A DNA stretch of 64,000 bases. Source: Bacteroidia bacterium. GTDB lineage: Bacteria > Bacteroidota > Bacteroidia > AKYH767-A > OLB10. This document shows positions 38,770 through 47,545 of the stretch, piece after piece. The stretch spans positions 78,901 through 142,900 of the forward strand of contig DASUFP010000076.1 of the NCBI GenBank assembly GCA_036274495.1, in the 5' to 3' direction. Each line of letters begins with the position of its first letter. The stretch's first letter is position 1. The translations under genes were made by a program, and so were the position numbers. Below the pieces are notes generated by a model. It did not search any database, had not been told where the DNA came from, and saw only the letters and a program-made list of their open reading frames with translations.

Positions 38770-39998
38770 AGTACTTATGGGTTTTACTAATCTGTTTTCC
38801 TCATCAACTTTTATCGGCGACATACCGAATAACAGGAATTACTTCCAGTATTGAAGCTGTTCAGCATCTGCTTGATCAATGTGCTCCTTTTGATACGATC
38901 CGTATTAATAGTGGCACCTATAAATGGCATGATTTGATTGTAAATAAACCTTTATACATTGAAGGAGATGGTCAGCCAATACTTGATGGCGAAAACTTAG
39001 GAAACGTCATTACTGTAAAGTCATCTGATGTGACGTTAAAGAATATTCATGTTAAAAATTCAGCGCCCTCATCATATAGTGATCCTGCCGGAATAAAGAT
39101 TGAATCCGGAGAAAACATACAGGTATTGGATTGTATTATAGAGAATTGCCTGTTTGGAATCTATTATTCGGACGTATCCGGAGGTCTGATCCGCGGTAAC
39201 CATATTTACTCGAATAAAACAACAGAAACCGCTTCCGGAAATGGCATTCACCTCTGGAAATGTAAAGATATTGCCATTCGGGGTAATATAATAAATGGAC
39301 ACCGTGACGGGATCTACCTGGAGTTTACGACTCACTCGGTAATATCCGGAAACATCAGCCAAAACAATATCCGCTACGGGCTTCACTTCATGTTTTCGCA
39401 TCAGGATTCCTATATTAAAAACACGTTTAGAAATAATGGGGCCGGAGTAGCTGTAATGTATACCAAAGGAGTAAAAATGGTTGAGAATAATTTTATTGAT
39501 AATTCCGGAACTTCATCGTATGGATTATTATTGAAAGACATTACAGACAGTAAAATAATTAGAAATCATTTTACCAATAATACCTGCGCCATCACTATGG
39601 AAGAGTGCAACAGAATTAATGTCCAAAAAAACACATTTGAGAGAAACGGATGGGCCATGCGAATCCAGGCCAGTTGCAGCGACAATAACATACAATGGAA
39701 TAATTTCTTTGGCAACACATTTGACATTACTACTAATGGAACTTTAGTAATGAATACGTTTAATTCCAATTATTGGGATAAATATACCGGATACGATTTG
39801 AACCGAGATCAAACAGGTGATGTCCCTTACCATCCGGTGAGTATGTATGCAGTAATAGTAGATCAGATTCCGGTTGCCATGATTCTTTATCGTAGTTTCG
39901 TGGTTACTCTGCTGGAACAAATGGAAAAAATAATCCCCAGTATTACTCCTGCTCAGTTAATCGACAGGACTCCTCGAATGAAACCGGTAGCTATATGA
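38766..39998 (+). CDS. nosD: Nitrous-oxide reductase maturation protein NosD
   Basis: Parallel beta-helix repeats, GNGIHLW, HRDGIYLEF, RYGLHFMFS, NYWDKYTGYDLNRD..GDVPY. ATGA overlap with nosL. Confidence 0.95.
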   Translation: MKYLWVLLICFPHQLLSATYRITGITSSIEAVQHLLDQCAPFDTIRINSGTYKWHDLIVNKPLYIEGDGQPILDGENLGNVITVKSSDVTLKNIHVKNSAPSSYSDPAGIKIESGENIQVLDCIIENCLFGIYYSDVSGGLIRGNHIYSNKTTETASGNGIHLWKCKDIAIRGNIINGHRDGIYLEFTTHSVISGNISQNNIRYGLHFMFSHQDSYIKNTFRNNGAGVAVMYTKGVKMVENNFIDNSGTSSYGLLLKDITDSKIIRNHFTNNTCAITMEECNRINVQKNTFERNGWAMRIQASCSDNNIQWNNFFGNTFDITTNGTLVMNTFNSNYWDKYTGYDLNRDQTGDVPYHPVSMYAVIVDQIPVAMILYRSFVVTLLEQMEKIIPSITPAQLIDRTPRMKPVAI

Positions 39999-40708
39999 TT
40001 TCCATCGGCCAACTTTGTAAAAGATATGGAAAATTACCAGTACTCAATAACATTAGCCTGGAATTGAATGCGGGGTCGTGCATTTCGTTGATTGGACCTA
40101 ATGCATCCGGTAAAACAACGCTACTAAAAATCATTCTTGGTATTGTCAGACCCGATTCAGGTACTATTGGTGTGGCCGGAACCAATGCTTTAGAAGGATA
40201 CCGTTACCGAGAAAACATTGGGTATATGCCTCAAATCGCAAAGTATCCTGATAATATGAGAGTTGGACAGGTAATTAATCTTTTGAAAAGTTTAAGGCCC
40301 TCAGGAATTGGGTATGATGAAGAGTTGTATACTACCTTTCGAATTAATGAAATCAGCAATAAACCGTTGCGTTCGCTTTCGGGAGGAACCCGACAGAAAG
40401 TAAGCGCCTGCCTTGCTTTTATGTTCAAAGCTCCTATTCTGATACTTGATGAACCTACTGCAGGGCTGGATCCATTGTCGGCTGAATTATTGAAAGCTAA
40501 AATTAAGAAAGAGGCCGGTGCAGATAAATTAATAATTGTAACATCCCATATATTAAGTGATCTGGAAGACATATCTACCCACATTGTTTATCTCCATGAG
40601 GGAAAAATACTATTTCATGAGACCATTTCAGAGATTCTTAAAAGAACCCGCACAACTTCCCTTTCCCTGGCTGTGGCAGAAATAATGCGCAATTCTTCTC
40701 ATGTTTAA
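39995..40708 (+). CDS. nosF: ABC ATPase NosF
   Basis: GPNASGKT, LSGGTRQK, LILDEPT, SH switch. It lies between nosD and nosY. Confidence 0.92.
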   Translation: MISIGQLCKRYGKLPVLNNISLELNAGSCISLIGPNASGKTTLLKIILGIVRPDSGTIGVAGTNALEGYRYRENIGYMPQIAKYPDNMRVGQVINLLKSLRPSGIGYDEELYTTFRINEISNKPLRSLSGGTRQKVSACLAFMFKAPILILDEPTAGLDPLSAELLKAKIKKEAGADKLIIVTSHILSDLEDISTHIVYLHEGKILFHETISEILKRTRTTSLSLAVAEIMRNSSHV

Positions 40709-41468
40709 AATCGTAAAATATATTCTTGCCGATATCCTAAAAAGCAGGGTAATATTGGCATATACTATTTTTTTAGCAACTATTTCAACAAGTTTATATT
40801 TACTCGATAGTAACCCCGATAAAAGCACCATCAGTCTGGTAAATATCAATTTAATCATCATTCCATTGATGAGCATAATTTTTACCACCATTCATTATTA
40901 CAATTCGTATGAATTCATCGAGTTGTTAGTAGCACAGCCAATTAGCCGCAATAGAATAGTGATGAGTGAATATGTGGCTGTTACATTATCTTTATTAATT
41001 GCCTTTATGGCAGGTGTTGGTATACCTATTATACTATTTAATATGAATACAGCCGGATGGTCAGTAATATATTCCGGACTTATGATAACCATTATTTTTT
41101 CATCATTGGCATTTCTTTGCTCCGTACTAACCAGAGACAAGACAAGAGGAATAGGCGCTGCATTGCTGGTTTGGCTGTTTTTTTCGATCATTTATGATGG
41201 TCTGATATTATTTATCCTATTTTCTTTCAATGACTATCCGATAGAACCTTTAATTATGGTTATAACGCACCTGAACCCTGTTGACCTGGCCAGAATTTTT
41301 ATGCTGATAAGATTGGATGTTTCCGCCATGATGGGATATACCGGTGCTTTGTATTTGGAATATTTTGGCGCTACAACGGGTATGTTCCTGTCTTCCATAG
41401 TAATGGTTTTATGGGCTGTTATACCCGTAACGATCGGCGTTAAAGTGTTTCGAAATAAAGATCTTTGA
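40701..41468 (+). CDS. nosY: ABC permease NosY
   Basis: Multi-TM, 'EFIELLVAQPISR', 'LNPVDLARI', 'MGYTGA'. Confidence 0.92.
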   Translation: MFKIVKYILADILKSRVILAYTIFLATISTSLYLLDSNPDKSTISLVNINLIIIPLMSIIFTTIHYYNSYEFIELLVAQPISRNRIVMSEYVAVTLSLLIAFMAGVGIPIILFNMNTAGWSVIYSGLMITIIFSSLAFLCSVLTRDKTRGIGAALLVWLFFSIIYDGLILFILFSFNDYPIEPLIMVITHLNPVDLARIFMLIRLDVSAMMGYTGALYLEYFGATTGMFLSSIVMVLWAVIPVTIGVKVFRNKDL

Positions 41469-41592
41469 GCGTAACCGTCTGAATCATCAAACACTACAGT
41501 TAAGCTGTGTTTTTGGTCAAAAAGTTATGGTTGGTTCCGGTTTTCCCTAATTTCATAACTTAGGGCCATGATATTCTTTTTTAAGGTGGCTT

Positions 41593-42996
41593 ATGAAGGG
41601 TAAATCCGTCGACTTTTCAAACATGAAGGATATTCGAATTTGGATTCTCCTTTTTTTTCTCATCCGCCTTATCGGAATCACCAATCCTCCGCTCGAAAAA
41701 GGGCACAACTGGAGGCAATCGCTTACTTGCATGATTACCCGCAATTTTGTTGAAGGCGGTCCCGATTTACTTTATCCGCGGATTGATATGGCCGGCGATC
41801 AAACAGGTATTATCGGGTCAGAGTTTCCGTTTTTTAATTATCTCTGTTACTTATGCAGTAAAGCATTCGGGTACACGCATTGGTATGGAAGACTTATCAA
41901 CCTGCTGATTTCATCCGCCGGTATTTTTTGTTTTTTCCTGTTGTCGAAAAAAATAATTGGTGACCGTGCAGCAGGCTATGCCGGCATACTGCTGCTTACT
42001 TCAATATGGTTTGCCTTTTCAAGAAAATCGATGCCGGATACGTTTAGCATTTCACTGGTGCTGATAGGACTGCATTTTTGTTCAGTATATTATTCATCCG
42101 GCAAAGTGTGGCACCTGTTGCTCTATTTTATCTTCACAACGCTTGGAACACTTTGTAAACTCCCGGCTATACTCTGGCTGGTGCCTGTAATTGCAACGCT
42201 TGTGATACCTGCCTTTCCAAAACAAAACAGGTTGTATACCGGTTTTGCGACAGTTATTTCCATGATAATCACCGGAGGCTGGTATTTTATATGGGTACCC
42301 CACCTGGTTGAAACCTATCATTACCAGCTTTACTTTCCAAAAAGTTTGGGCGAAGGACTGCATGAGATAGCCGGCGAAGTCCCGGGTTTGCTTAAGAACT
42401 TTTATTTTAATGCCTTCAGCTCCTATCTGGCATTCGCCTGTTTTGCAGCAGGTATTTATGTTTTTATCAGAAAATACAGCGATTATATATTAAAGACTAC
42501 AGCGGCTATTACTGTTGTTTTTTTTCTGTTCATCCTAAAAACCGGTGCGGTGTTTCCGCTACACAACTACTACATCATTCCATTTGTTCCGGTAATGGCC
42601 ATTATTGCAGCTGTCTTCCTGGATGCCATTCGTTTTAAAGTTGCATTGCTGATCCTTATTGCTGCTTCGGCCGAGGGTATTCTGAATCAGCAGCACGATT
42701 TCTTTATAAAACAAGATCAGGTTTATAAGCTCAGCCTTGAAACACTGCTTGACAAAAACACCTCCAAAAATGAACTTATAATTATTAACGGCGGACAAAA
42801 CCCACAACTCATGTATATGGCGCATCGAAAAGGATGGAGTGTGGATAATGATGTAATCGGCAATCAATCTAAAATAAAAGAGATGCAGTCAAAGGGCGCA
42901 ACCGTACTGGTTGTTGACAAAACCGAAGGTGTAACCGAACCGAATGACTACCATTTGATTGGTTCTGATGAACACTTTTGTGTTTACCGTCTGTAA
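41593..42996 (+). CDS. GT-C fold glycosyltransferase (ArnT/PMT-like, GT39/GT83)
   Basis: First loop 'HNWRQSLT', 'EFPFFNYL', 'GRLINL', 'MPDTFS', 'KLPA', multiple TM helices and a soluble C-terminal domain. Confidence 0.8.
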   Translation: MKGKSVDFSNMKDIRIWILLFFLIRLIGITNPPLEKGHNWRQSLTCMITRNFVEGGPDLLYPRIDMAGDQTGIIGSEFPFFNYLCYLCSKAFGYTHWYGRLINLLISSAGIFCFFLLSKKIIGDRAAGYAGILLLTSIWFAFSRKSMPDTFSISLVLIGLHFCSVYYSSGKVWHLLLYFIFTTLGTLCKLPAILWLVPVIATLVIPAFPKQNRLYTGFATVISMIITGGWYFIWVPHLVETYHYQLYFPKSLGEGLHEIAGEVPGLLKNFYFNAFSSYLAFACFAAGIYVFIRKYSDYILKTTAAITVVFFLFILKTGAVFPLHNYYIIPFVPVMAIIAAVFLDAIRFKVALLILIAASAEGILNQQHDFFIKQDQVYKLSLETLLDKNTSKNELIIINGGQNPQLMYMAHRKGWSVDNDVIGNQSKIKEMQSKGATVLVVDKTEGVTEPNDYHLIGSDEHFCVYRL

Positions 42997-43008
42997 CGTG
43001 TAAGGTGA

Positions 43009-44151
43009 TTATGCTTTTATTTTCAAAAGCTGCTGAATCTGTTTTGCTATTTTAAAAGCTGTATCGCGCGAAGCGGCTGTTACTGTTGCATGACCCATTT
43101 TACGGAAGGGCTTTGTAAGTTTTTTGCCATACAAGTGAATGTGCGCTCCGGGAAGTGCCATAACATCGCTGAAGCCCTCATAAACGGCGGGGCCGCTATA
43201 GCCCTTTTCACCCAAGAGATTTACCATTACCGAAGGCATTAAAGGGGAAGTATCGCCGAAAGGCATGTCTAAAATTGCGCGAAGATGCTGTTCATATTGT
43301 GAAGTAACATTCCCTTCTATTGTCTGGTGTCCGCTGTTGTGGGGACGCGGTGCGATTTCGTTGACAAGCACCTCTCCTTTTTTTGTGATGAACATTTCTA
43401 CTGCCAGCAGTCCAACCATTTCAAGTTTGTTGATTAACCCGGTGGCAATGGCAGCAGCATCTGCCGCGATTTTGTCATCAACAACAGCAGGCGAAAATAA
43501 AAATTCAACCAGGTTTGCTTCCGCATTAAATTCCATCTCAACCAGCGGAAATACCGCCACCTCTCCTTTTGCGTTTCTCGAAACAATACACGACACCTCC
43601 CTATCCATATCAACAAATTGCTCGAGCACCGAAGGCTCATCAAATGCTTTCGATGTATCAGCTGTCTGTTTCAACGCAACAACACCTTTGCCGTCGTAAC
43701 CCGCTTTTCTGGTTTTCTGCATAACCGGAAACATGGATACATGGCTTTCCACCTCCTTTTTTCCGTTTACCAAAACAAAGGGAGCGGTAGGAATTCCATG
43801 CTCCCGGTAAAAGGTTTTCTGCAATCCCTTATCCTGTACCATCCTAAGTATTGCCGGCTGAGGATAAACCTTCTTGCCCATCGCCTCCAGCTTTTCAAGC
43901 GCCTCCACATTTACATGCTCTATCTCAACAGTTATCACATCTGCCAATTCTCCAAGACGCATCACTGCATCATAATCACGAAAATCGCCGTGCAAAAAAA
44001 TATCACATATAGCTGCACAAGGCGCCTCCACATCGGGATCCAACACAATGGTGGTAATATTGAAATCAATGGCTTTCTGAATCAGCATCCTGCCCAACTG
44101 ACCTCCTCCGAGAATACCAATCCGGGTTTTACTTCCTAAAAATGAGCTCAT
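43009..44151 (-). CDS. purK: N5-CAIR synthase
   Basis: IGILGGGQLGRM, TVEIEHV, GYDGKG, NEIAPRPHNSGH, LYGK...PFRKMGH. Confidence 0.97.
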   Translation of the reverse strand: MSSFLGSKTRIGILGGGQLGRMLIQKAIDFNITTIVLDPDVEAPCAAICDIFLHGDFRDYDAVMRLGELADVITVEIEHVNVEALEKLEAMGKKVYPQPAILRMVQDKGLQKTFYREHGIPTAPFVLVNGKKEVESHVSMFPVMQKTRKAGYDGKGVVALKQTADTSKAFDEPSVLEQFVDMDREVSCIVSRNAKGEVAVFPLVEMEFNAEANLVEFLFSPAVVDDKIAADAAAIATGLINKLEMVGLLAVEMFITKKGEVLVNEIAPRPHNSGHQTIEGNVTSQYEQHLRAILDMPFGDTSPLMPSVMVNLLGEKGYSGPAVYEGFSDVMALPGAHIHLYGKKLTKPFRKMGHATVTAASRDTAFKIAKQIQQLLKIKA

Positions 44152-44298
44152 TATAAAAAATATTACTGCTTTTATTTATGCGACAATGTTAACCATTGCT
44201 GTGCGAACATCAAAACGGAAGGCCTGCAGAACCCCACCCGCTTTTTTGTATCTTGTGCCAACAAATGCCGGATTAATCATAACCTACTGACAACCTGT

Positions 44299-44847
44299 AT
44301 GTTAACGACAAATGTAACCGTCGGCAACAAGCCTTTTAAACCTTTAATTACGGAGGCCGAATTGCAGACAAGAGTTCGTGCAATGGGCAGACAGATTACG
44401 ACCGATTACAGTGATCGGAATCCGGTGCTCATAGGAGTATTAAAAGGAGCTGCAATTTTTCTATCAGACCTGATAAGAGAAGTAAAAGTCCCTTGCAGCA
44501 TGACATTTATGCGCATTAAATCCTATTCCGGAACGCAATCAACCGGCAAAATTTCTAAGGAACTCGAATTTACCGAAGACATTGAAGGCCGGCATGTGAT
44601 AATTGTTGAAGACATTGTTGATACAGGAAACACTGCGCGGTTTCTCTTTGAAGAATTGAAAAAACACCGGCCTGCCACTATTGCCCTGGCAACATTATTA
44701 TTTAAACCAATGGCACTGCTTTACCCATTTAAACCCGACTACACGGCATTTGAAATTGGGAATGATTTTGTAGTAGGTTATGGACTGGATTACGACGAAC
44801 ACGGAAGAAACCTGAAAGATATTTATGTAATGGAAAGTGTTTCATAA
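44299..44847 (+). CDS. hpt: Hypoxanthine phosphoribosyltransferase
   Basis: GVLKGA, VIIVEDIVDTG, FVVGYGLDYDE.GRNL. Confidence 0.95.
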   Translation: MLTTNVTVGNKPFKPLITEAELQTRVRAMGRQITTDYSDRNPVLIGVLKGAAIFLSDLIREVKVPCSMTFMRIKSYSGTQSTGKISKELEFTEDIEGRHVIIVEDIVDTGNTARFLFEELKKHRPATIALATLLFKPMALLYPFKPDYTAFEIGNDFVVGYGLDYDEHGRNLKDIYVMESVS

Positions 44848-44915
44848 AAAAATATTTAGTGCTGAAATCAGGCAAATTTAAAATCCGATAATACTATTCT
44901 CAAAAATTTACAACT

Positions 44916-45497
44916 ATGATCAATCTGGTTCTCTTTGGTCCTCCCGGCGCTGGAAAAGGCACACAATCTGCACAGCTGATTGACAAATACAACCTGGTAC
45001 ACTTATCCACCGGTGATATTCTCCGTGGCGAAATCGCGAACGGGACCAAATTAGGTATGGAGGCAAAAAAACTAATGGACCAGGGAGTATTGGTACCCGA
45101 CGATGTGGTGATTGGGATGATCCGTAACAAGCTGGAACAAAATAAAAATGCGGGAGGCTTTATTTTCGATGGCTTTCCCAGAACTGCGGCACAGGCTGTT
45201 GCACTCGATGCTTTGCTGGAAGAGTCAGGAAATCCCATTGACTATATGCTTGCGTTAGATGTTCCCGACGAGGAGCTGATCAAAAGAATATTAAACCGGG
45301 GTAAAGATTCGGGTCGTTCAGACGACAGTGATCCGGCAATTATTAAAAAGCGAATTGAAGAGTACAATGCAAAGACCGCTCCTCTGATTGACTATTATAA
45401 AAAACAAAACAAACTGCATCTAATCGACGGTCTCGGAACCGTTGAACATATTTTTGACTTGTTGTGTGAAGCAGTTGATTCTCTTGGTAAATATTAA
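44916..45497 (+). CDS. adk: Adenylate kinase (short LID)
   Basis: GPPGAGKGTQ, HLSTGDILR, FDGFPR, GRSDD. Confidence 0.96.
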   Translation: MINLVLFGPPGAGKGTQSAQLIDKYNLVHLSTGDILRGEIANGTKLGMEAKKLMDQGVLVPDDVVIGMIRNKLEQNKNAGGFIFDGFPRTAAQAVALDALLEESGNPIDYMLALDVPDEELIKRILNRGKDSGRSDDSDPAIIKKRIEEYNAKTAPLIDYYKKQNKLHLIDGLGTVEHIFDLLCEAVDSLGKY

Positions 45498-45511
45498 TGT
45501 AACACCCCTAA

Positions 45512-46525
45512 GTGGCAGACTCTAATTTTATTGATTACGTAAAAATCTGCTGCCGTTCGGGAGCGGGCGGTGGCGGCTCCATGCATTTTCATCGCGACAA
45601 GCTTACAGCAAAAGGCGGTCCTGACGGAGGGAACGGAGGAAAAGGCGGCGATATTATTGTGAAGGGTAATGCTCAATTATGGACACTGCTTCATCTCAAG
45701 TATCGCAAACATGTTATTGCCAAGCCGGGTGGTTCGGGCAGCAGTGCCTTAAAGACCGGGGCCGATGGTGAAGATATTATTCTGGAAGTGCCGCTGGGAA
45801 CCATTGCGCGCGATTTTGATACCAATAAATTCTTATTCGAAATAGATCGCGACGGACAAACCGAAACGCTGGTGAGTGGCGGCCGTGGCGGTATGGGTAA
45901 TGCCTTTTTTAAATCATCCACCCAACAGACACCCCGCTTTTCACAACCCGGTGAGCCCGGAAAAGAGGAGTGGAAAATTCTTGAGCTGAAGCTGATGGCC
46001 GATGTGGGGCTGGTTGGATTCCCCAACGCAGGCAAATCAACATTGCTAAGTGTTGTAAGTGCCGCCAAACCCGAAATAGCCGACTACGCTTTTACAACCC
46101 TGGTTCCCAATCTGGGTATAGTGCGTTACCGTGACGACCGTTCATTTGTTATGGCCGACATTCCGGGTATAATTGAAGGAGCCCATACGGGAAAAGGATT
46201 AGGTCTTCGTTTTCTGCGTCATATTGAACGCAACTCGGTGTTGTTGTTTATGATACCGGCTGATGCCGCCGATATTAAAAAAGAGTACAACATCCTTAAA
46301 AAAGAATTACGGCTTCATAATCCTGAACTGCTCGACAAGCGCCGCCTGATTGCCATAACAAAAAGCGATATGCTGGACGAAGAACTCAAAACAGCCATAA
46401 AAAAGGAATTACCTAAAGACAAAACGGCTGACGGAAACAAGGTGCCATGCATTTTTATATCTTCGGTGACAGGAACCGGAATACAGGAATTAAAAGATGA
46501 GCTCTGGAAAACATTAACTGACTGA
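45512..46525 (+). CDS. obgE: GTPase ObgE
   Basis: [45 protein letters not shown]. Confidence 0.97.
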   Translation: MADSNFIDYVKICCRSGAGGGGSMHFHRDKLTAKGGPDGGNGGKGGDIIVKGNAQLWTLLHLKYRKHVIAKPGGSGSSALKTGADGEDIILEVPLGTIARDFDTNKFLFEIDRDGQTETLVSGGRGGMGNAFFKSSTQQTPRFSQPGEPGKEEWKILELKLMADVGLVGFPNAGKSTLLSVVSAAKPEIADYAFTTLVPNLGIVRYRDDRSFVMADIPGIIEGAHTGKGLGLRFLRHIERNSVLLFMIPADAADIKKEYNILKKELRLHNPELLDKRRLIAITKSDMLDEELKTAIKKELPKDKTADGNKVPCIFISSVTGTGIQELKDELWKTLTD

Positions 46526-46527
46526 CC

Positions 46528-47112
46528 ATGTTCGAAACACTGGTAAATATCGACTGGAGTTTATTCAAGGCCATCAACAGCCTTCATAGTGAATTTATGG
46601 ATTTGCTTATGTGGTGGGCCGCCGATCGTTTTTTCTGGATTCCCCTTTACCTTTTTCTTGCCTATTTCCTGTACCGTAAATATGGGCGGCTTGGATTGGT
46701 AATGATTGTATTTGCAGCATTGCTGATTGTCATCAGCGACCAGACTTCAGTTGTTATTAAAAACCTCGTTCAACGCGAACGTCCCTGCCATAATGAGGCA
46801 CTGGCCTTTGATGTGCATCTGGTACACGATAATTGTGGCGGCATGTACGGCTTTGTGTCATCGCATGCTGCCAACACCATGGCGCTGGCACTGTACATAA
46901 TGCTGCTTACAAAAATGCGGTTCAGGTGGCTGAACCGGACGCTTTTGTTTTATGCCGGTGTAGTGGCTTATTCAAGAGTGTACCTCGGCAACCATTACCC
47001 TGCCGATATTGTTGGCGGCTGGATAGTGGGATTTTTCGCAGCAATGGTTACCTATTACTTTTACCGGTCGCTTGCCGGAGAAAAATTTGACACTACGGAT
47101 TCAGAAACATGA
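46528..47112 (+). CDS. PAP2 family phosphatase (possible undecaprenyl-PP phosphatase)
   Basis: KNLVQRERP, FVSSHAAN, SRVYLGNHYPAD. Confidence 0.9.
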   Translation: MFETLVNIDWSLFKAINSLHSEFMDLLMWWAADRFFWIPLYLFLAYFLYRKYGRLGLVMIVFAALLIVISDQTSVVIKNLVQRERPCHNEALAFDVHLVHDNCGGMYGFVSSHAANTMALALYIMLLTKMRFRWLNRTLLFYAGVVAYSRVYLGNHYPADIVGGWIVGFFAAMVTYYFYRSLAGEKFDTTDSET

Positions 47113-47480
47113 ATAGTTTCCTGCTTGTATTTCTTGGTGGAGGACTTGGAAGTGTATTGCGGTACGGCATTTCCGTTATGCTGAAATCAACTGCAACCCT
47201 GTTCCCTGTAGCCACACTTGCCGCAAACGGGGCCAGTTCTTTTGTGCTCGGACTCATCATGGGATTTTTATCGGCACGCGAAGGCCACACCACACCCGTT
47301 ACACTATTTCTGGCAGCCGGATTTTGCGGTGGCTTCAGCACGTTCAGTACTTTCAGTGCCGAAACATTTGAATTTCTGAAACACGGTCAGCTTTCCTATG
47401 CGCTGTTGAATATTGCGGCTAATCTGCTTATCTGCCTGGTGGCGATTGGAGCCGGAATGTTTTTATCAAAAAATTTCTGA
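47109..47480 (+). CDS. crcB: Fluoride channel Fluc/CrcB
   Basis: GGGLGSVLRY, ATLAAN, GFCGGFSTFSTF. ATGA overlap with the PAP2 gene. Confidence 0.93.
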   Translation: MNSFLLVFLGGGLGSVLRYGISVMLKSTATLFPVATLAANGASSFVLGLIMGFLSAREGHTTPVTLFLAAGFCGGFSTFSTFSAETFEFLKHGQLSYALLNIAANLLICLVAIGAGMFLSKNF

Positions 47481-47493
47481 ATCGCAATTAAAA

Positions 47494-47529
47494 CAGCAAA
47501 GCCCGACTGCTGACAGACGGGCTTTGCTG
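47494..47529. terminator. Hairpin between convergent crcB and the T9SS gene (likely bidirectional terminator)
   Basis: CAGCAAAGCCCG-N12-CGGGCTTTGCTG, a perfect 12-bp stem. Confidence 0.8.
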
Positions 47530-47545
47530 ATGTATTCAATTGCTG

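Noticed and set aside
34571-42993. ACCGTCT-containing direct repeats near the ends of the nos cluster and the GT-C gene (34571-34578, 41473-41481, 42986-42993), as possible target-site duplications
   Set aside because: The same 7-mer also occurs inside nearby genes (33084, 35447), so it is frequent background. The nos promoter boxes also fall outside the left copy.
44184-44198. CAATG-TTAAC-CATTG palindrome between purK and hpt as a purine operator
   Set aside because: The arms are only 5 bp, it is partly explained by a -7-like element (TAACATTG) for purK, and it does not match the purE motif.
47000-47108. Fluoride riboswitch upstream of crcB
   Set aside because: crcB is translationally coupled to the PAP2 gene, so there is no leader to hold one.
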